This document shows positions 62,467 through 64,000 of a DNA stretch of 64,000 bases, one piece after another. Both the position numbers and the translations under genes were made by a program. This DNA is from Cyanobacteriota bacterium (GTDB lineage Bacteria > Cyanobacteriota > Cyanobacteriia > Cyanobacteriales > Nostocaceae): assembly GCA_046045965.1 (NCBI GenBank), contig JBJOKS010000019.1, positions 1 to 64,000 on the forward strand, in the 5' to 3' direction. How positions within the stretch are numbered: the stretch's first letter is position 1; each line of letters begins with the position of its first letter. Below the pieces are notes generated by a model, which was not told where the DNA came from, ran no database searches, and was given only the letters and a program-made list of their open reading frames with translations.

Positions 62467-63243
62467 TCAACTTCCCACCTTTTCCAATAACCATTTTACC
62501 GCACTTTCCACATCTGCAACTTGTTCCCCTGGTGGTATAGGTGGACGTTTCACCATCACTACTTTTATTCCCATTTCTCGCGCTGCAATAATTTTCGGAT
62601 AAGTAGCATTTCCCCCGCTATTTTTACTCACAATAGTATCAATATGATAATCTGTTAAAATTTCCCTTTCATCCTCTAAAGAAAAGGGTCCTCTATCAAA
62701 TAACATTAAACCAGGAGGTATCACCACATCAGCATTTGGTGGGTCTATCATTCGCATTAAAAACCACATTTCCTGTAAATGAGAAAAAGCAGATATTTCT
62801 TGTCTACCAATAGTTAAAAAAACCCGTTTTGTTTGATGTTTGAAAAGTTGATTTTCTAACGCTTGATTTTCTAAAGCCGTGGCTGCTTCTGTATTATTTT
62901 TTACCTCAATCCAAATATCACCCGCTTGTTTTTCCCAAGGGGAACGATTTACTAATAATCTAGGAATACCCGTTTCCGTTGCTGCTGCTGCTGCATTCCA
63001 GGAGATATGATTAGCAAAGGGATGAGTAGCATCAATTAACACATCTATTTTTTGATGTTTTAAATATTCAACCAAACCCGTAACACCACCAAAACCGCCA
63101 ATGCGAACATTACCAACAGGTGCAACAGGTTCACGGGTACGACCGGCTAAAGATGCGATCGCCTCAACTCCAGTAATTTTGCTTATTCTTGCTGTCAATT
63201 CTGCTGCATCACCAGTACCACCGAGAATCAAAACGCGCAACAT
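62467..63243 (-). CDS. cobK: Precorrin-6A / cobalt-precorrin-6A reductase
   Basis: LGGTGDA, GGFGG, DATHPFA, LTIGRQ, SKNSGG. Confidence 0.95.
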   Translation of the reverse strand: MLRVLILGGTGDAAELTARISKITGVEAIASLAGRTREPVAPVGNVRIGGFGGVTGLVEYLKHQKIDVLIDATHPFANHISWNAAAAATETGIPRLLVNRSPWEKQAGDIWIEVKNNTEAATALENQALENQLFKHQTKRVFLTIGRQEISAFSHLQEMWFLMRMIDPPNADVVIPPGLMLFDRGPFSLEDEREILTDYHIDTIVSKNSGGNATYPKIIAAREMGIKVVMVKRPPIPPGEQVADVESAVKWLLEKVGS

Positions 63244-63342
63244 AGCAATTTTGGATTTTAGATTTTAGATTATGAATTATAAAACATATCTAAATTAGAT
63301 AAAACTCTTGTGGGGTGGGCATCTTGCCCGCCCTAAGCTGAT

Positions 63343-63735
63343 TTAATTAACTGATAAAGACGGAATTCTGGCTAAAATTCCCTTTTTCAAAGGTTCAGGA
63401 CGTTCTGACCAAGGTAAAACACCATCAGGCTTATTGTAGTATTTACTTGCACATTCCAGCACAGCTTCAGCACAACCCTCAACCGGCAAATCACCAAATA
63501 AATAAGTTAACTTCCCTTGACCAGCAAAAGCTACCACACAAGAACGGTTACAAGCACTCATACATTCAACTTCTTGGATGGGGAACTGATCCCGTAAATG
63601 CCAATTTTGCGCGACTTGTTGAATTTCTTGTAAAAGTTTTTGACCACCACTTTCACCGACACGCTTACCATCTTGCCAAACACTAGCGCAGGTTTTACAC
63701 ACAAATAAACTATGAGCAGTTACATCAGTAGTCAT
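63343..63735 (-). CDS. DUF1636 family metal-binding protein
   Basis: VCKTC, ECMSAC.R.C, YLFGDL, W.ERP..L..GILARIP. Confidence 0.85.
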   Translation of the reverse strand: MTTDVTAHSLFVCKTCASVWQDGKRVGESGGQKLLQEIQQVAQNWHLRDQFPIQEVECMSACNRSCVVAFAGQGKLTYLFGDLPVEGCAEAVLECASKYYNKPDGVLPWSERPEPLKKGILARIPSLSVN

Positions 63736-63876
63736 CCCTATCCTCGCAGATTTTCACAATTTTCTATTATAAATCCCCAACTGCTTTGAGAAGTCGATAT
63801 TTACCCATCACCAATTACCAATTACCAATTACCCGCCAAACAGATATGATAGCTATACAAACAAACATGATATGAG

Positions 63877-64000
63877 TTAAAATCTTAAACCCACACCACC
63901 CTGCAAAGATAAAGCCGTACCTCCACCATTACGATAAGCATCAAAAGCAATAATAGCGTTACCAAAAATCACCGTATTACTATTAGGAACAACATAATCA
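63877..64000 (-). CDS. C-terminus of a probable outer-membrane beta-barrel protein (partial)
   Basis: DYVVPNSNTVIFGNAIIAFDAYRNGGGTALSLQGGVGLRF*, ending in a beta-signal Phe. Confidence 0.6.
   Translation of the reverse strand, partial: DYVVPNSNTVIFGNAIIAFDAYRNGGGTALSLQGGVGLRF

Overview
AT-rich chromosomal window from a filamentous Nostocales-type cyanobacterium, judged from frequent HIP1 GCGATCGC sites, heptamer STRR tandem repeats, nblA, psbZ and desABC. The housekeeping backbone includes the ligA 3' end, truB, a group-2 sigma factor, priA, anmK, ribH, tRNA-Gly, a proA-like gene, desCAB, bciB/cvrA and cobK. It surrounds a double kdp K+-ATPase locus with a truncated KdpD, a separate His-kinase/NarL pair and extra inserted genes. 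Accessory content includes a single-chain restriction-modification gene, three toxin-antitoxin pairs, a 135-bp MITE, a 163-bp IS200/IS605-derived mini-element and several dispersed repeat families. Most notable: (1) a GxxExxY PD-(D/E)XK nuclease pseudogene bracketed by 30-bp inverted repeats, with related ~9-bp-periodic repeat families elsewhere in the window; (2) tandem cytochrome c6 paralogs with opposite charge and differential retention of a GAC-N5-GTC box that also precedes a TonB receptor; (3) unannotated porin and kdpD remnants; (4) a KdpA2 that reads through into tandem repeats. All calls are by eye; no database searches were run.
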